Made by a program: the position numbers and the translations under genes. A stretch of DNA of 64,000 bases from Verrucomicrobiota bacterium (GTDB taxonomy: Bacteria; Verrucomicrobiota; Verrucomicrobiia; Limisphaerales; UBA1319), in assembly GCA_022711435.1 (NCBI GenBank), contig JAKLFB010000019.1, positions 23,521 through 87,520 of the forward strand. Direction: 5' to 3'. Positions 54,247 through 64,000 of this stretch are shown here, in pieces (position 1 is the stretch's first letter; every line of letters begins with the position of its first letter). Below the pieces are notes generated by a model. The model was not told where the DNA came from, did not search any database, and saw nothing but the letters and a program-made list of their open reading frames with translations.

Positions 54247-54525
54247 TTATTCCGGATTCTTCTCATGCTGGCGCTTCAGCCCCACCGATTCCGCGATCTC
54301 CTCGAACTCGGATCGGGTGACGGTCTCGAGGGTCTTGCCCCGGCGCTGGAGGCCCTCGTTGATCTTGATCGCCTTCTCCGTCATCACTTCATGGGTCTCC
54401 TGGCTCCCCCCCACCAGCAGAAAATTCACCCCGGTCGTGATGCGTTTGTGACCGTCGCTGTCCAGTCCCAAACCCAGCATCACCCCCCGCCTTTTGGATT
54501 TTCCGCTGTGCGGCGTTTTTGCCAT
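54247..54525 (-). CDS. Hypothetical small basic protein (92 aa) immediately upstream of nuoA
   Basis: ATG ORF with non-repetitive, balanced composition (MAKTPHSGKSKRRGVMLGLGLDSDGHKRITTG...). Same strand as nuoA, 72 nt upstream. No family recognised. Confidence 0.5.
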   Translation of the reverse strand: MAKTPHSGKSKRRGVMLGLGLDSDGHKRITTGVNFLLVGGSQETHEVMTEKAIKINEGLQRRGKTLETVTRSEFEEIAESVGLKRQHEKNPE

Positions 54526-54568
54526 GAGCCAAAACTAGAAGGTCCCCCGTTGATGTCAAGTTCCACGG

Positions 54569-54637
54569 AAAAAGCGGCCCCCCGAAGCGGGCCCCGCCGA
54601 AAGCACGGCGCCACTGGCCTCCGCCGCCAGTGGCGCC
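54569..54637 (-). terminator. Two consecutive hairpins, the second followed by a T-run on the minus strand
   Basis: Perfect 11-bp inverted repeat GGCGCCACTGG (54607..54617) / CCAGTGGCGCC (54627..54637) with a 9-nt loop. Then GGCCC/GGGCC stem (54576..54593), followed on the minus strand by TTTTT (54569..54573). Located downstream of the gene ending at 54706. Confidence 0.45.
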
Positions 54638-54705
54638 CAAGCCGCAGCGCAAACACCCGGACCCGATCCTTCAGCCCGCGCGCGCCATCCCCAACCTCGC
54701 TCTCC

Positions 54706-55122
54706 TCAGCGCCGCCCTCGATGGTGGTAATGCGAATGCCCGAAACCCAATCCCACGTGGAACGACACCACAGGCCGCGGCGCCACATACACCGGCACCG
54801 CGTACGGCAGCACCGGCGGCGGCGGCGTATACACGACCGGGACCGGCTGAACCGCCACGGGCACAGGCTGCACAATCACCGGGGCCGGCTGCGCCGGCAC
54901 GTACACCACCGCAGGAGGAGGAGGCGGGGCATAAACCATCGCAGGGGCCTCGTAGACCGGCGGACAGAAGGCTCGCGCCAGAGCTGTCCCCGCTACCACG
55001 CCTGTCAATATCTTGCCCGCGGTCGCCCATTCCGAGTTGCCCGCCTCCACCCGGACCAGGTTCATCCCCGCCAAGCCCATGACCGCCCACGCCAACACCC
55101 GGCTGCTCATTGTCGTTTTCAT
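54706..55122 (-). CDS. Secreted Pro/Val-rich low-complexity protein (138 aa)
   Basis: Signal peptide MKTTMSSRVLAWAVMGLAGMNLVRVEA. Core of PVxV/PPPP repeats (VQPVPVAVQPVPVVYTPPPP). His-rich C-terminus (GHSHYHHRGRR). Confidence 0.5.
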   Translation of the reverse strand: MKTTMSSRVLAWAVMGLAGMNLVRVEAGNSEWATAGKILTGVVAGTALARAFCPPVYEAPAMVYAPPPPPAVVYVPAQPAPVIVQPVPVAVQPVPVVYTPPPPVLPYAVPVYVAPRPVVSFHVGLGFGHSHYHHRGRR

Positions 55123-55215
55123 AGCCCAATCTCTTTTCCCATCATCCGATTCGACGCCACCGCTTGTCTTTTATTCGATGCGGCCTTATGGATATGGATA
55201 CCCGGATGACTTGAC

Positions 55216-56154
55216 ATGAAAGGGAATCCAGAAGCCTCCGACACCGGGCGGGTCCGCCGCCGCCGGCAGCTTCCGCGTTCCTTCAAGGACTTGACGCCCA
55301 CCCGGTCGTTCAGCCCGCGCGCCTTCTTCCGCGAGATGATCTGGAAAGCGTGGCGGACCAAACGCACGGGCGGCCATCGCATCCCGATCTTCCCCCGCCT
55401 CAAGGGCGACCAGGTCGCCATCACCTGGATCGGCCACGCGTCTTTTCTGATCCAGTTCGCCGACCTCAACGTCCTCATCGACCCGATCTTCACCAACTGG
55501 CTTTTCCTGCTCAAACGCCTCAAGCGCGCCGGATTTTCCATTCGCGATCTGCCTCCCATCGATCTGGTCCTGCTGACCCATGCCCACTTCGACCATTTCC
55601 ATAAACGCACCCTGCGGCGCATCCCCTCCCCCAAGCTCGGCCTCATGCCCTGGGGCATGGGCGAGCTCGCTCGCGGCCTCGGCTTCGGCCGCATCATCGA
55701 GCTCCAATGGTGGGAGACCCTTAGCCGCGACCGATGGAAGGTCACCCTCACCCCCTGCCGCCATTGGGGCGCACGCGTCCTCCACGATGAGGATCGCGGG
55801 TTCGGCGGCTTCGTCCTCGAAAACCACGGACGTCGAATCTACCACGCCGGCGACAGCGCCTATTGGCATGGATTCAAGGAGATCGGCCGCCGATGCCAGC
55901 CCGAGATTGCCCTCCTGCCCATCGGCGCCTACCAGCCCGAAGCCTTCCTGCGCGTCCATATGGGCCCTCACCAGGCCATCCGCGCCTTCAAAGACCTCCA
56001 GGCCCAATGGCTCGTCCCGATGCACTTCGGCGCCTTCAAGCTCTCCTTCGAAGCCCTCGATGAACCCCCCCGCTGGCTCCGCCAACTGGCCGATCAAAAC
56101 GGCATGAGCTCCCGCCTCCGCATCCTCGAAGAGGGAGTCCCAACCGTTTTCTGA
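55216..56154 (+). CDS. MBL-fold metallo-hydrolase
   Basis: ITWIGHASFLIQ, LLTHAHFDHF (HxHxDH motif), YHAGDS and VPMHFG. The start may lie further downstream. Confidence 0.8.
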   Translation: MKGNPEASDTGRVRRRRQLPRSFKDLTPTRSFSPRAFFREMIWKAWRTKRTGGHRIPIFPRLKGDQVAITWIGHASFLIQFADLNVLIDPIFTNWLFLLKRLKRAGFSIRDLPPIDLVLLTHAHFDHFHKRTLRRIPSPKLGLMPWGMGELARGLGFGRIIELQWWETLSRDRWKVTLTPCRHWGARVLHDEDRGFGGFVLENHGRRIYHAGDSAYWHGFKEIGRRCQPEIALLPIGAYQPEAFLRVHMGPHQAIRAFKDLQAQWLVPMHFGAFKLSFEALDEPPRWLRQLADQNGMSSRLRILEEGVPTVF

Positions 56155-56292
56155 TCCGCCCACCCCCCCGCCGCCCGTCGAGCCCCATCGGCATGATCCG
56201 TTCCGGGGACTCGCCCCCCTCGGGCTAGGGTGTGCGTCGAGAATCCCCTTTCCATCATAAGGGGATCTGCTTTATTAGCTCTGGATTGCTGG

Positions 56293-57123
56293 ATGAGCAG
56301 CTGGGTCAAAATCATCTTGTTCGCTGTGCTGGCCGCGGGGACCTGCGTGTTCGGTTTCTTTTTTCTCCGCAACTATGGCCAGCTGATGCGGGAGCGGGTC
56401 GATCTGGGCGCCGCCGATCCGACCGTCGAGCGCCAAGTCGATCACCAGCAGGCCAACCGCGCCACCCACCGGTTCTCCGAAGTGATGATCTTCGGCGGCC
56501 TTTTTTTCGTGTCGGTCGTCGGCCTCGGCATCCTGGTTGCCCACGAGGCCTCTCACCTGGTCGCCAACCGGTTCGGCCGCCTCCTCTATGGCGGCGAAGG
56601 CGAAAGCATCCGCAAAAGCGAATACGAGGAGGCCGAGGAGCTCTGGGCCAACGGCCAGCCCCTCGAGGCCGTTCAGCTCCTACGCGAATACCTCAAGAAA
56701 CATCCCCGCGAGCAGCACGTCGCCCTCCGGATCGCCGAAATCTACGAGAAGGATCTCCACAATCCGCTGGCTGCCGCCCTCGAGTTCGAGGAGGTCCTCC
56801 GCCAAAAACTCGCCCCCGAACAGTGGGGCTGGACCGCCATCCACCTCTGCAACCTCTATACCCAGCACCTCGGCCAGCCCGACAAAGCCACCACACTCCT
56901 CCAGCGCATCGTCGCCGAATACGGCGATACCACCGCCGCCGCCAAAGCCCGCAAACGGCTCGGCATCCAAGACGAATCCACCCCCTCAACGCCATCCACG
57001 GATGACCCGGAGGATTCCTTTTTCGGCAAGGCTCGCAAAGCCAACCTCCAGCGATCCGGCGACCTCCAGGCTCACTTCGACCGCTTCCACCAAAACAACC
57101 CCCGCGGCCCCGCCCACGATTAA
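56293..57123 (+). CDS. Two-TM membrane protein with TPR-like cytoplasmic domain
   Basis: ATG 56293 inside ORF 56230..57123. TM segments IILFAVLAAGTCVFGFFFL and VMIFGGLFFVSVVGLGILV. Helical repeat region EAEELWANGQPLEAVQLLREYLKKHP. Confidence 0.5.
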   Translation: MSSWVKIILFAVLAAGTCVFGFFFLRNYGQLMRERVDLGAADPTVERQVDHQQANRATHRFSEVMIFGGLFFVSVVGLGILVAHEASHLVANRFGRLLYGGEGESIRKSEYEEAEELWANGQPLEAVQLLREYLKKHPREQHVALRIAEIYEKDLHNPLAAALEFEEVLRQKLAPEQWGWTAIHLCNLYTQHLGQPDKATTLLQRIVAEYGDTTAAAKARKRLGIQDESTPSTPSTDDPEDSFFGKARKANLQRSGDLQAHFDRFHQNNPRGPAHD

Positions 57124-57222
57124 CTCCCGCCCGCCCCTCGGCGCACCCGCGCCCCGCCCTCCCGCCCAAATGCCCGGCAAACTCCCCTTGGCACCACGCC
57201 GCACCTCTGGCAATATTGGATC

Positions 57223-60200
57223 ATGATGGGTTATTCCACCTGCAATGTTGTCCGCGCTCGCCGCCCCTCGAGCTGCCAGCCCCCTGCCGCACCCCGTCTT
57301 CTGCCAATCCTCATTGCCGCCGCCCTCGCGTCCTTATCCCCATCCGGCCGCGCCCAGCTCGTCATCAACGAGGTCTGCTACGACAACTCCACCCTCGCCG
57401 ACGAGACCGGCAACACCAGTTCGGATTGGATCGAGCTCTACAACGCCGGCTCCAGCGGCGTCAACGTCCTCAACTACGCCGTCGGCGACGCCAATCCCTA
57501 CGAGGAATCCAAAGGCGTTCGGCTCCCCAGCTACACCATCCCGCCCGGCGGGTTCCTCGTCGTGTTCGCCAGCCCTGACCTCCCCGAGTATACCGCCTGG
57601 ACCAGCGCGCCCAACACCGGCCTCATTCCTCCCAATTCCACATGGAGGCACCTGACGCCCTCCAGCGCTCCCCCCGCCACCTGGCGCGACCGCGTCTTTG
57701 ACGATTCGGCCTGGCCGTCCGGCATCGCCCCCCTCGGCTACAACGATCGCACGCTCCACATGGATTGCGCCACCATTCTCGGCTACGGCGGCGATCCCAC
57801 CAACCGTTACCCCGCCGCCTATTTCCGCAAAACATTCAAAGCCATCAACCCGTCCGTCATCACCGGCCTCGAGCTCAAAGCCCGGGCCAACGATGGCATG
57901 ATCGTCTATCTCAATGGCAACGAGTGGTTCCGCCACAACATGCCGTCCGGCCCCGTCAGCCACGCCACCCCCGCCTCCATGAGCGTCCCCTCCACGTTGT
58001 GGACCACCAACCTGCTCCCCACCACCTGGCTCCTCCAAGGCGCCAACGTCCTCGCCGTCGAAGTCCATCAGGCCTCCCCATCCAGCGTCGACTTGATCCT
58101 CGATCTCATCCTCACCGCGCACATCCAGGAATCCGTTCCGGTCGTCCACGGCCAGTTCGGGCTCGGCAAGGACGGCGAGAATGTGCACCTCTTCCAAGGC
58201 AATCTCCAGCGCATCCACCGGTTCCTCGCTCCCGGATACGAGATCGGCGAAAACAAGTCCTACGGCCTTGCCGTCGACGGCGCCACCGCCTCCTCCAAGG
58301 TGTTCGAGAAGCCATCCCCCGGACTATCCAACGCCACCTATGACCAGAAATACTCGCCCACGCTGACCGCCCAGAAACCCGTCTTCTCGGTCCCGCCCGG
58401 GATCTACGCCGCCAGCCAAAATGTCGTCCTCACCACCCCCACCGCCGGCTACAAGATCTACTACACGCTCGATGGCAGCAGCCCCTGGGATTCAACCACC
58501 TTCGTCTACAGCGGCAGCCCGGTCGCTATCCAGGCCGCGAGCCCCGCCACCTCCGGCCTCGCGTGGATCCGCAACAACCCCGTCGAGATCGTTCAGTCCG
58601 TCCCCGACGCCAACTGGCAAGCCCCCATCGGCAGCATCCCCAAAGCCGTCGTCCTCCGCGCCATCGCCGTCTCCGCCGATAATCGTTTCTGCTCGCCCGA
58701 AACCCGCGGCACGTATTTCATCGGCCCCCAGTTCGCCAGCCGCCCCCTGCCCATCTTCTCGCTCATCACCGACATGACCAACCTCTTCGGCTTCACCTCC
58801 GGCATCTATGTCCCCGGCAAATGCTACGCCGATTCCGCCGAAGGCTACGGCTCCAACCGATGGGGCAAGCCCTATGCCAACTACCACCAGGACGATGGCC
58901 AGGTCTGGGAACGCCCCGTCCAGCTCGAGCTGTTCGAGACTTCGCAGACAACCGCCGCCTTCTCCCAGCTCCTCGGCCTCACCATGCACGGCGGAGGCAC
59001 GCGCGCCATCCCCCAAAAAGCCCTCTACCTCCTCGCCCGCCTCGGCGAATACGGCGCCGATCAGGTCAGCTACCCCCTCTTCCCCGATGAGCCCCCCGCC
59101 AGCTATAAGCGATTCCTCCTCCGCAGCAGCGGCAACGACTGGTACGGCCCCGACTACGCCGGCATCGCCACCATGTTGAAAGACGCCGTCTTCCACCGCA
59201 TGGTCCAAGGGCTCGATATCTCCGTCATGGCCTATCGCCCCGCCGTCGCCTACATCAACGGCGAATACTGGGGCATCCATAACGTGCGCGAAAGCTTCGA
59301 CAAACACTACCTCGCCACCCGCTACGGGCTCAATTCCGATAACTGCGACCTTCTCATGCACGAGGAGGACCCCCTCGACAACGACAAGGTCCGAATCCAC
59401 CGCATCGACGGCGACACCAACGCCGATGAGGAATACGAGGAGCTGATGGACTGGATCCAGGTCAACCCCCTCAGCATCCCCGCCCATTACCTCCAGCTCC
59501 AGGCCTCGATCGACGTCACCAATTACGCCGATTACATCGTCGCCGAGACTTTCTTTGCCAATACCGATTGGCCCATTAATAATTGCGATTTCTGGCGCGC
59601 CCACACCAACCAGACCGCCGCCTCCGGCAAATACGGCGACACGCGCTGGCGCTGGATGCTCTACGACCTCGATGTCGCCGGCGCCGAAGGCCCGAGCTTT
59701 GACATGTTCGAGTACCTTTCATCGAGCAAGATGACCGGCGGCCGCGAGCCCGGCTTCCTCATCAACCAGCTCTGGGCCAACATGGATTTCCGCAACCACT
59801 TCGTCACCCGCTACATGAACCTCCTCAACACGACCTTCCGGCCTGACCGCCTCGCCAGCATTGTCGCCCAGGCCGCAGATCTCATCGCGCCCGAAATCGA
59901 AAATCACTTCCGCCGCTGGGGCCGCCCGCACTCTCAGACCCAATGGCGCCAAGCCATCCAAAATGTCCTCGTCCAATACACCGCCACCCGCCACCAGGTC
60001 TCCTGGCAGCACCTCGATCAATTCTTCGCCCTCGGCGGCACCGGCACCCTCACCGTCCGTAATGACGATCCTGCCGGCACAGGCGGCCACTTCGCCGTCA
60101 ACGCCATCTCGATCGACACCCCGACCGAAGGCGTCACCAACCGCGCCCTCTGGACCGGCACGTTCTTCCGCAGCCTGCCCATCCCGGTCCAGGCCATCCC

Positions 60201-60774
60201 TGACGCCGGCTATCGCTTCGATGGATGGGCGGGCACCGCCGTCACCAATCCAATGCCCAGCCTGTTCGTGGGAGAGGCTCCGATCACCCTTACCGCCCGA
60301 TTCCGCCCCTCCTCCGCACCGGCCTATACCCCCACCGGCTATGAGCAATGGCAGGTCGCCAATTACAGCGATCTCGAGATCCTGGGCGGCGTTGCCGCTT
60401 CACCCAACGCCCCCTCCGGCTGCGCGGGCCTGAGCAACTTCCAGCTCTATGCCTTCGGCATGCACCGCAACGACGGCCTTACCGATCCCCAGCGCATCGC
60501 CCGCGCCTCTCTCGCGATCGAACATCGCACCAATACGCTCTGGATCAGCTACACGCGCCTCAACAGCAGCTTCACCGACGTGCGCTACACCCTCAAAACC
60601 GCCTCCCATCTCAACGCCCCCATTCCCTGGACCGACGCCGTTGTCGGCCAGGATCTCGATAGCCTCTCGATCACCAACGTCCTCGATCCCTCCACATGGC
60701 GCTGCCAGGTCCAGCTCGCCCCCCCCTCCGACAGCCACCCGCGCTTCTTCCAGCTCGAGGCCGCCCCGCAATAA
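57223..60774 (+). CDS. Secreted CotH-kinase-family protein with N-terminal lamin-tail (LTD) domain
   Basis: Signal peptide. LTD motif LVINEVCYDN...SDWIELYNAG. Chitobiase/hexosaminidase-C-like segment YKIYYTLDGSSP. CotH core FLLRSSGNDW...AYINGEYWGIHNVRESFDKHYL. Confidence 0.75.
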   Translation: MMGYSTCNVVRARRPSSCQPPAAPRLLPILIAAALASLSPSGRAQLVINEVCYDNSTLADETGNTSSDWIELYNAGSSGVNVLNYAVGDANPYEESKGVRLPSYTIPPGGFLVVFASPDLPEYTAWTSAPNTGLIPPNSTWRHLTPSSAPPATWRDRVFDDSAWPSGIAPLGYNDRTLHMDCATILGYGGDPTNRYPAAYFRKTFKAINPSVITGLELKARANDGMIVYLNGNEWFRHNMPSGPVSHATPASMSVPSTLWTTNLLPTTWLLQGANVLAVEVHQASPSSVDLILDLILTAHIQESVPVVHGQFGLGKDGENVHLFQGNLQRIHRFLAPGYEIGENKSYGLAVDGATASSKVFEKPSPGLSNATYDQKYSPTLTAQKPVFSVPPGIYAASQNVVLTTPTAGYKIYYTLDGSSPWDSTTFVYSGSPVAIQAASPATSGLAWIRNNPVEIVQSVPDANWQAPIGSIPKAVVLRAIAVSADNRFCSPETRGTYFIGPQFASRPLPIFSLITDMTNLFGFTSGIYVPGKCYADSAEGYGSNRWGKPYANYHQDDGQVWERPVQLELFETSQTTAAFSQLLGLTMHGGGTRAIPQKALYLLARLGEYGADQVSYPLFPDEPPASYKRFLLRSSGNDWYGPDYAGIATMLKDAVFHRMVQGLDISVMAYRPAVAYINGEYWGIHNVRESFDKHYLATRYGLNSDNCDLLMHEEDPLDNDKVRIHRIDGDTNADEEYEELMDWIQVNPLSIPAHYLQLQASIDVTNYADYIVAETFFANTDWPINNCDFWRAHTNQTAASGKYGDTRWRWMLYDLDVAGAEGPSFDMFEYLSSSKMTGGREPGFLINQLWANMDFRNHFVTRYMNLLNTTFRPDRLASIVAQAADLIAPEIENHFRRWGRPHSQTQWRQAIQNVLVQYTATRHQVSWQHLDQFFALGGTGTLTVRNDDPAGTGGHFAVNAISIDTPTEGVTNRALWTGTFFRSLPIPVQAIPDAGYRFDGWAGTAVTNPMPSLFVGEAPITLTARFRPSSAPAYTPTGYEQWQVANYSDLEILGGVAASPNAPSGCAGLSNFQLYAFGMHRNDGLTDPQRIARASLAIEHRTNTLWISYTRLNSSFTDVRYTLKTASHLNAPIPWTDAVVGQDLDSLSITNVLDPSTWRCQVQLAPPSDSHPRFFQLEAAPQ

Positions 60775-60837
60775 TCCACCCGCGCCGTCCCCACGCCTGC
60801 TAAAATCCGAATCGAGCATCGCCGCCGCCCGGGACCA

Positions 60838-63249
60838 TCACCGGCCCCAGCCATATACATATACCTTGTCGCTCAAGTATAAAATCTCCGGCCGGCCGTC
60901 TACGTCCCAATCCGCCAGCATGACGTGGAATCCCGCAAATTCGTCGTTCACTCGAAATAGCTGGCGGCTCCCCTCGATCTTCAAGTCGCGCCCCAGCACC
61001 GTCAGACGGCCATCGTGATAGTTCCGCACCGATGGCGCCTCGTCCATCCGCCCGGGATTGTGACCGAATATCAGCTGCACCTGCTTCGAGCCGACGACCA
61101 ACTCGCTTCGGCCATCCCCGTCGATATCCCCCGCCCCCGCCAGCCACATGTCCACCCAGTCGAATCGAACGGGAATCACCGGCGCCGCCTTCCGCAGCTG
61201 CAGCTTGGAATCCAGCCAATGAATCCGCCCCCTGCGATCCGCCGTCAGGATGTCCAGCTCGCCGTCGTCATCGGCGTCCACGGTCACCAGATTGAAAAGC
61301 CGAGTGCCCCCCGAATCGTAGCGCGCCATCTCCTGGCCCGCCGCATCCAATCTCACCACCCAGCCCACCTCCGAATACCCCTCTGCCCGCCGGTTCTCGT
61401 GGTCGCAGCTCACCAGGATCAGCACGTCCTGCCTCCCGTCTCGATCCAGATCCTGCACCTGAACCGCCGGCGCCGTGTATCGGTCCCCCGCTGCGTAACG
61501 CCAAAGAAGATCCCCATCGGCTGAAAATGCGTATACATAGCTGTACGCATCCTCCGATCCGTCAGGCGCGCACGCCCCATTGTCCACCGCCAGCGAGCTG
61601 CAAACGACCTCCCGCCGCCCATCCCCATCCAGATCCACCGTAACAAACCCGTCCAGCGCTCCCGCCACATCGAATGCCCATCGCATCCCCCCATCCCCGA
61701 AATCGTAGGCCTGCAGTTGCCTCGGCCAAGGACCTCTCGGACTGAAGTAGAAACCAAACACCTCCCCTGATCCGTCTCCCTCCAAATCCGCCATCCCGAA
61801 CGGACACAAGTATCCCGAGCCCTCCCATCCCCCCGCGATCTCATCCAATCGCCCTCCGCATACAATCCGCCCGATCTCGGTCATGTAATCGTTGAGCACC
61901 GACAGATGCCAGCTCGAGGCGGTTCCCCAGCCCACCAGCGTCTCGCTCCGCCCATCCCCATTCACATCCGCCCTCATCCCCACACTGACCCACGTGGCCC
62001 CCTCCGGCGCCTTCCATCGCCGCAATAACTGCCCATCCACCGAATACACCCGCACCGTATCCTCCCCATACACGTAGAAATCAGGCTTGCCGTTATCCAA
62101 AAAATCGAGCGGCTTCGCTTTCGCCCAATCCTCGATCCCCGCCGCCTCCACCTCGTGCAGCAGCCTCAGCCGCGCCCCATCCAGCGCCAGCCAGGCCAGG
62201 GCTGCCGCCGCCCCCAGCGCCGCCGTCCCGATTCCCCACCAACGCAAGCCCGCCCTCCTCCCCGTCTGATCCGGCCTCCCTTGCCCTTGCGATGCCCACA
62301 AGGACTCAATTGGCTTTCCCTCGGCCAGCCGATCCAAATCCTCGACGACATACGACATGTGGGCGTAGCGGTCGCGCAGCTCCCGCGCCATCGCGCCCTC
62401 CACCACCCGGGCCAGCCCCTCCGCCACACCCGGATTCACCTCCCGAAGATTCGGCGGCGGCCCCGCCAGAATCCGCGCGATCACTTCTTCCGCTGCCTTT
62501 CCTTCATACGGCGGGCGCCCCGACAACAGCTCGTACAGAAGCGCCCCCATCGAGTAGATATCCGATCGGGTGTCCTCCTGGCGGCCTTGCGCCGCGAGCG
62601 GGGACAGGTACTGCGGCGTCCCCTCCCGCTGCAGTTGCCCCGCCTGCGTCAATGCGTCGTTCCATAACGTCCGAGCCAATCCAAAATCGCTCAGGAAAAC
62701 TTGCCCGCCCTCCCCCGCCAGCACGTTGCTCGGCTTGATGTCCCGATGGATGATCCCCCGCTGGTGCGCATAGAGCAGCGCGCCCGCCAGCTGCCGCGCA
62801 TAGCCCAACACTTCCTCCTGCCCCAGCGGCCCCCGGCGCCGGATCGCCTCCCCCAGATTGCCTCCCGCCACAAATGGCATCACCAAATACGCCCCATCAT
62901 TGCTCTCCTCATACCCCAGCACCGGCAAGATGTTCGGATGCCTCATCTCACCCATGTGCCGCGCCTCCTTGATGAAATAGGATCGAGCCCGCATGTTCCC
63001 CGCCAGCTCGGGCCGAAGCACTTTAATGGCCACTGTCTGGCCTGTCCCGATATCCCGCGCCAGGTACACCCGCCCCATGCCACCCTTGCCCAACAGCCGC
63101 CGCAGCTCATATCGACCCAACACGCCCGCTTGCCCCGGATGGAAGGGCGTGCCCAGATCGCCGCCCTCCTCCTTCCCTGCCGGCAAGGAGTCGCTCACCG
63201 AACACGGCAGTCGATCCGCCGCCTCCCCGCGGCCTGGGTCCGATTTCAT
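60838..63249 (-). CDS. Membrane Ser/Thr protein kinase with extracytoplasmic FG-GAP/VCBS beta-propeller repeats
   Basis: Hanks motifs LGKGGMGRVYLA, VAIKVL, HRDIKPSNVL, DFGLAR and GTPQYLSP. One TM (WWGIGTAALGAAAALAWLAL). Seven D-x-[DN]-x-DG-x-x-[ED] loops. ATG 63249 is preferred over 63306, which would overlap the HIT gene. Confidence 0.85.
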   Translation of the reverse strand: MKSDPGRGEAADRLPCSVSDSLPAGKEEGGDLGTPFHPGQAGVLGRYELRRLLGKGGMGRVYLARDIGTGQTVAIKVLRPELAGNMRARSYFIKEARHMGEMRHPNILPVLGYEESNDGAYLVMPFVAGGNLGEAIRRRGPLGQEEVLGYARQLAGALLYAHQRGIIHRDIKPSNVLAGEGGQVFLSDFGLARTLWNDALTQAGQLQREGTPQYLSPLAAQGRQEDTRSDIYSMGALLYELLSGRPPYEGKAAEEVIARILAGPPPNLREVNPGVAEGLARVVEGAMARELRDRYAHMSYVVEDLDRLAEGKPIESLWASQGQGRPDQTGRRAGLRWWGIGTAALGAAAALAWLALDGARLRLLHEVEAAGIEDWAKAKPLDFLDNGKPDFYVYGEDTVRVYSVDGQLLRRWKAPEGATWVSVGMRADVNGDGRSETLVGWGTASSWHLSVLNDYMTEIGRIVCGGRLDEIAGGWEGSGYLCPFGMADLEGDGSGEVFGFYFSPRGPWPRQLQAYDFGDGGMRWAFDVAGALDGFVTVDLDGDGRREVVCSSLAVDNGACAPDGSEDAYSYVYAFSADGDLLWRYAAGDRYTAPAVQVQDLDRDGRQDVLILVSCDHENRRAEGYSEVGWVVRLDAAGQEMARYDSGGTRLFNLVTVDADDDGELDILTADRRGRIHWLDSKLQLRKAAPVIPVRFDWVDMWLAGAGDIDGDGRSELVVGSKQVQLIFGHNPGRMDEAPSVRNYHDGRLTVLGRDLKIEGSRQLFRVNDEFAGFHVMLADWDVDGRPEILYLSDKVYVYGWGR

Positions 63250-63265
63250 GGATCGTCCGTCGCTG

Positions 63266-64000
<735 letters not shown>

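Overview
High-G+C bacterial chromosomal segment, about two-thirds G+C by eye. The high G+C creates many long shadow ORFs in the six-frame track. The gene content suggests a PVC/Verrucomicrobiota-like organism: PEP-CTERM protein, Tat-signal Gfo/Idh/MocA enzymes, GH29 fucosidase, CotH/LTD protein, dockerin-like module, and a dcw cluster with ftsZ. That placement is an inference only.

Layout:
- 1-910: 5' part of queA (minus strand).
- 1.1-18.7 kb: a complete plus-strand division/cell-wall (dcw) cluster, mraZ-orf-rsmH-ftsL-like-ftsI-murE-like-murF-mraY-LysM-ftsW-murG-murB-ddl-ftsQ-ftsA-ftsZ.
- 18.7-27.6 kb: sugar-catabolic and housekeeping genes (Tat oxidoreductase, enolase-superfamily enzyme, fucosidase, RodZ-like protein, cysteine desulfurase, TPR protein, trmB).
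- 27.6-31.9 kb: a minus-strand string of esterase-like lipoprotein, orphan ECF-type ATPase and FIST protein.
- 32.1-33.5 kb: tRNA-Ser(GGA) followed by a lower-G+C DUF433/DUF5615 toxin-antitoxin-like pair and a hairpin-rich spacer.
- 33.5-42.1 kb: surface and secreted proteins (Tat oxidoreductase, 1285-aa S8 protease with a dockerin-like tail, low-G+C PEP-CTERM protein, CAP-domain protein).
- 42.1-54.2 kb: a minus-strand 12-gene complex I operon, nuoABCD-I-H-JKL-M-M-N, with no nuoEFG.
- 54.2-64 kb: small secreted proteins, MBL hydrolase, CotH/LTD protein, a membrane Ser/Thr kinase with FG-GAP repeats, and a HIT protein.

Most notable observations:
- The murE-position gene keeps the Mur-ligase scaffold but has lost all catalytic motifs I can check. 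murC and murD are also absent from the cluster.
- FtsZ has a non-canonical T7 loop.
- The complex I operon has two tandem nuoM genes and an extended NuoL.
- A possible dockerin/cohesin-like protease-anchoring pair.

No rRNA, CRISPR array, transposase or integrase was recognised. All family calls rest on motifs read by eye; no searches were run.
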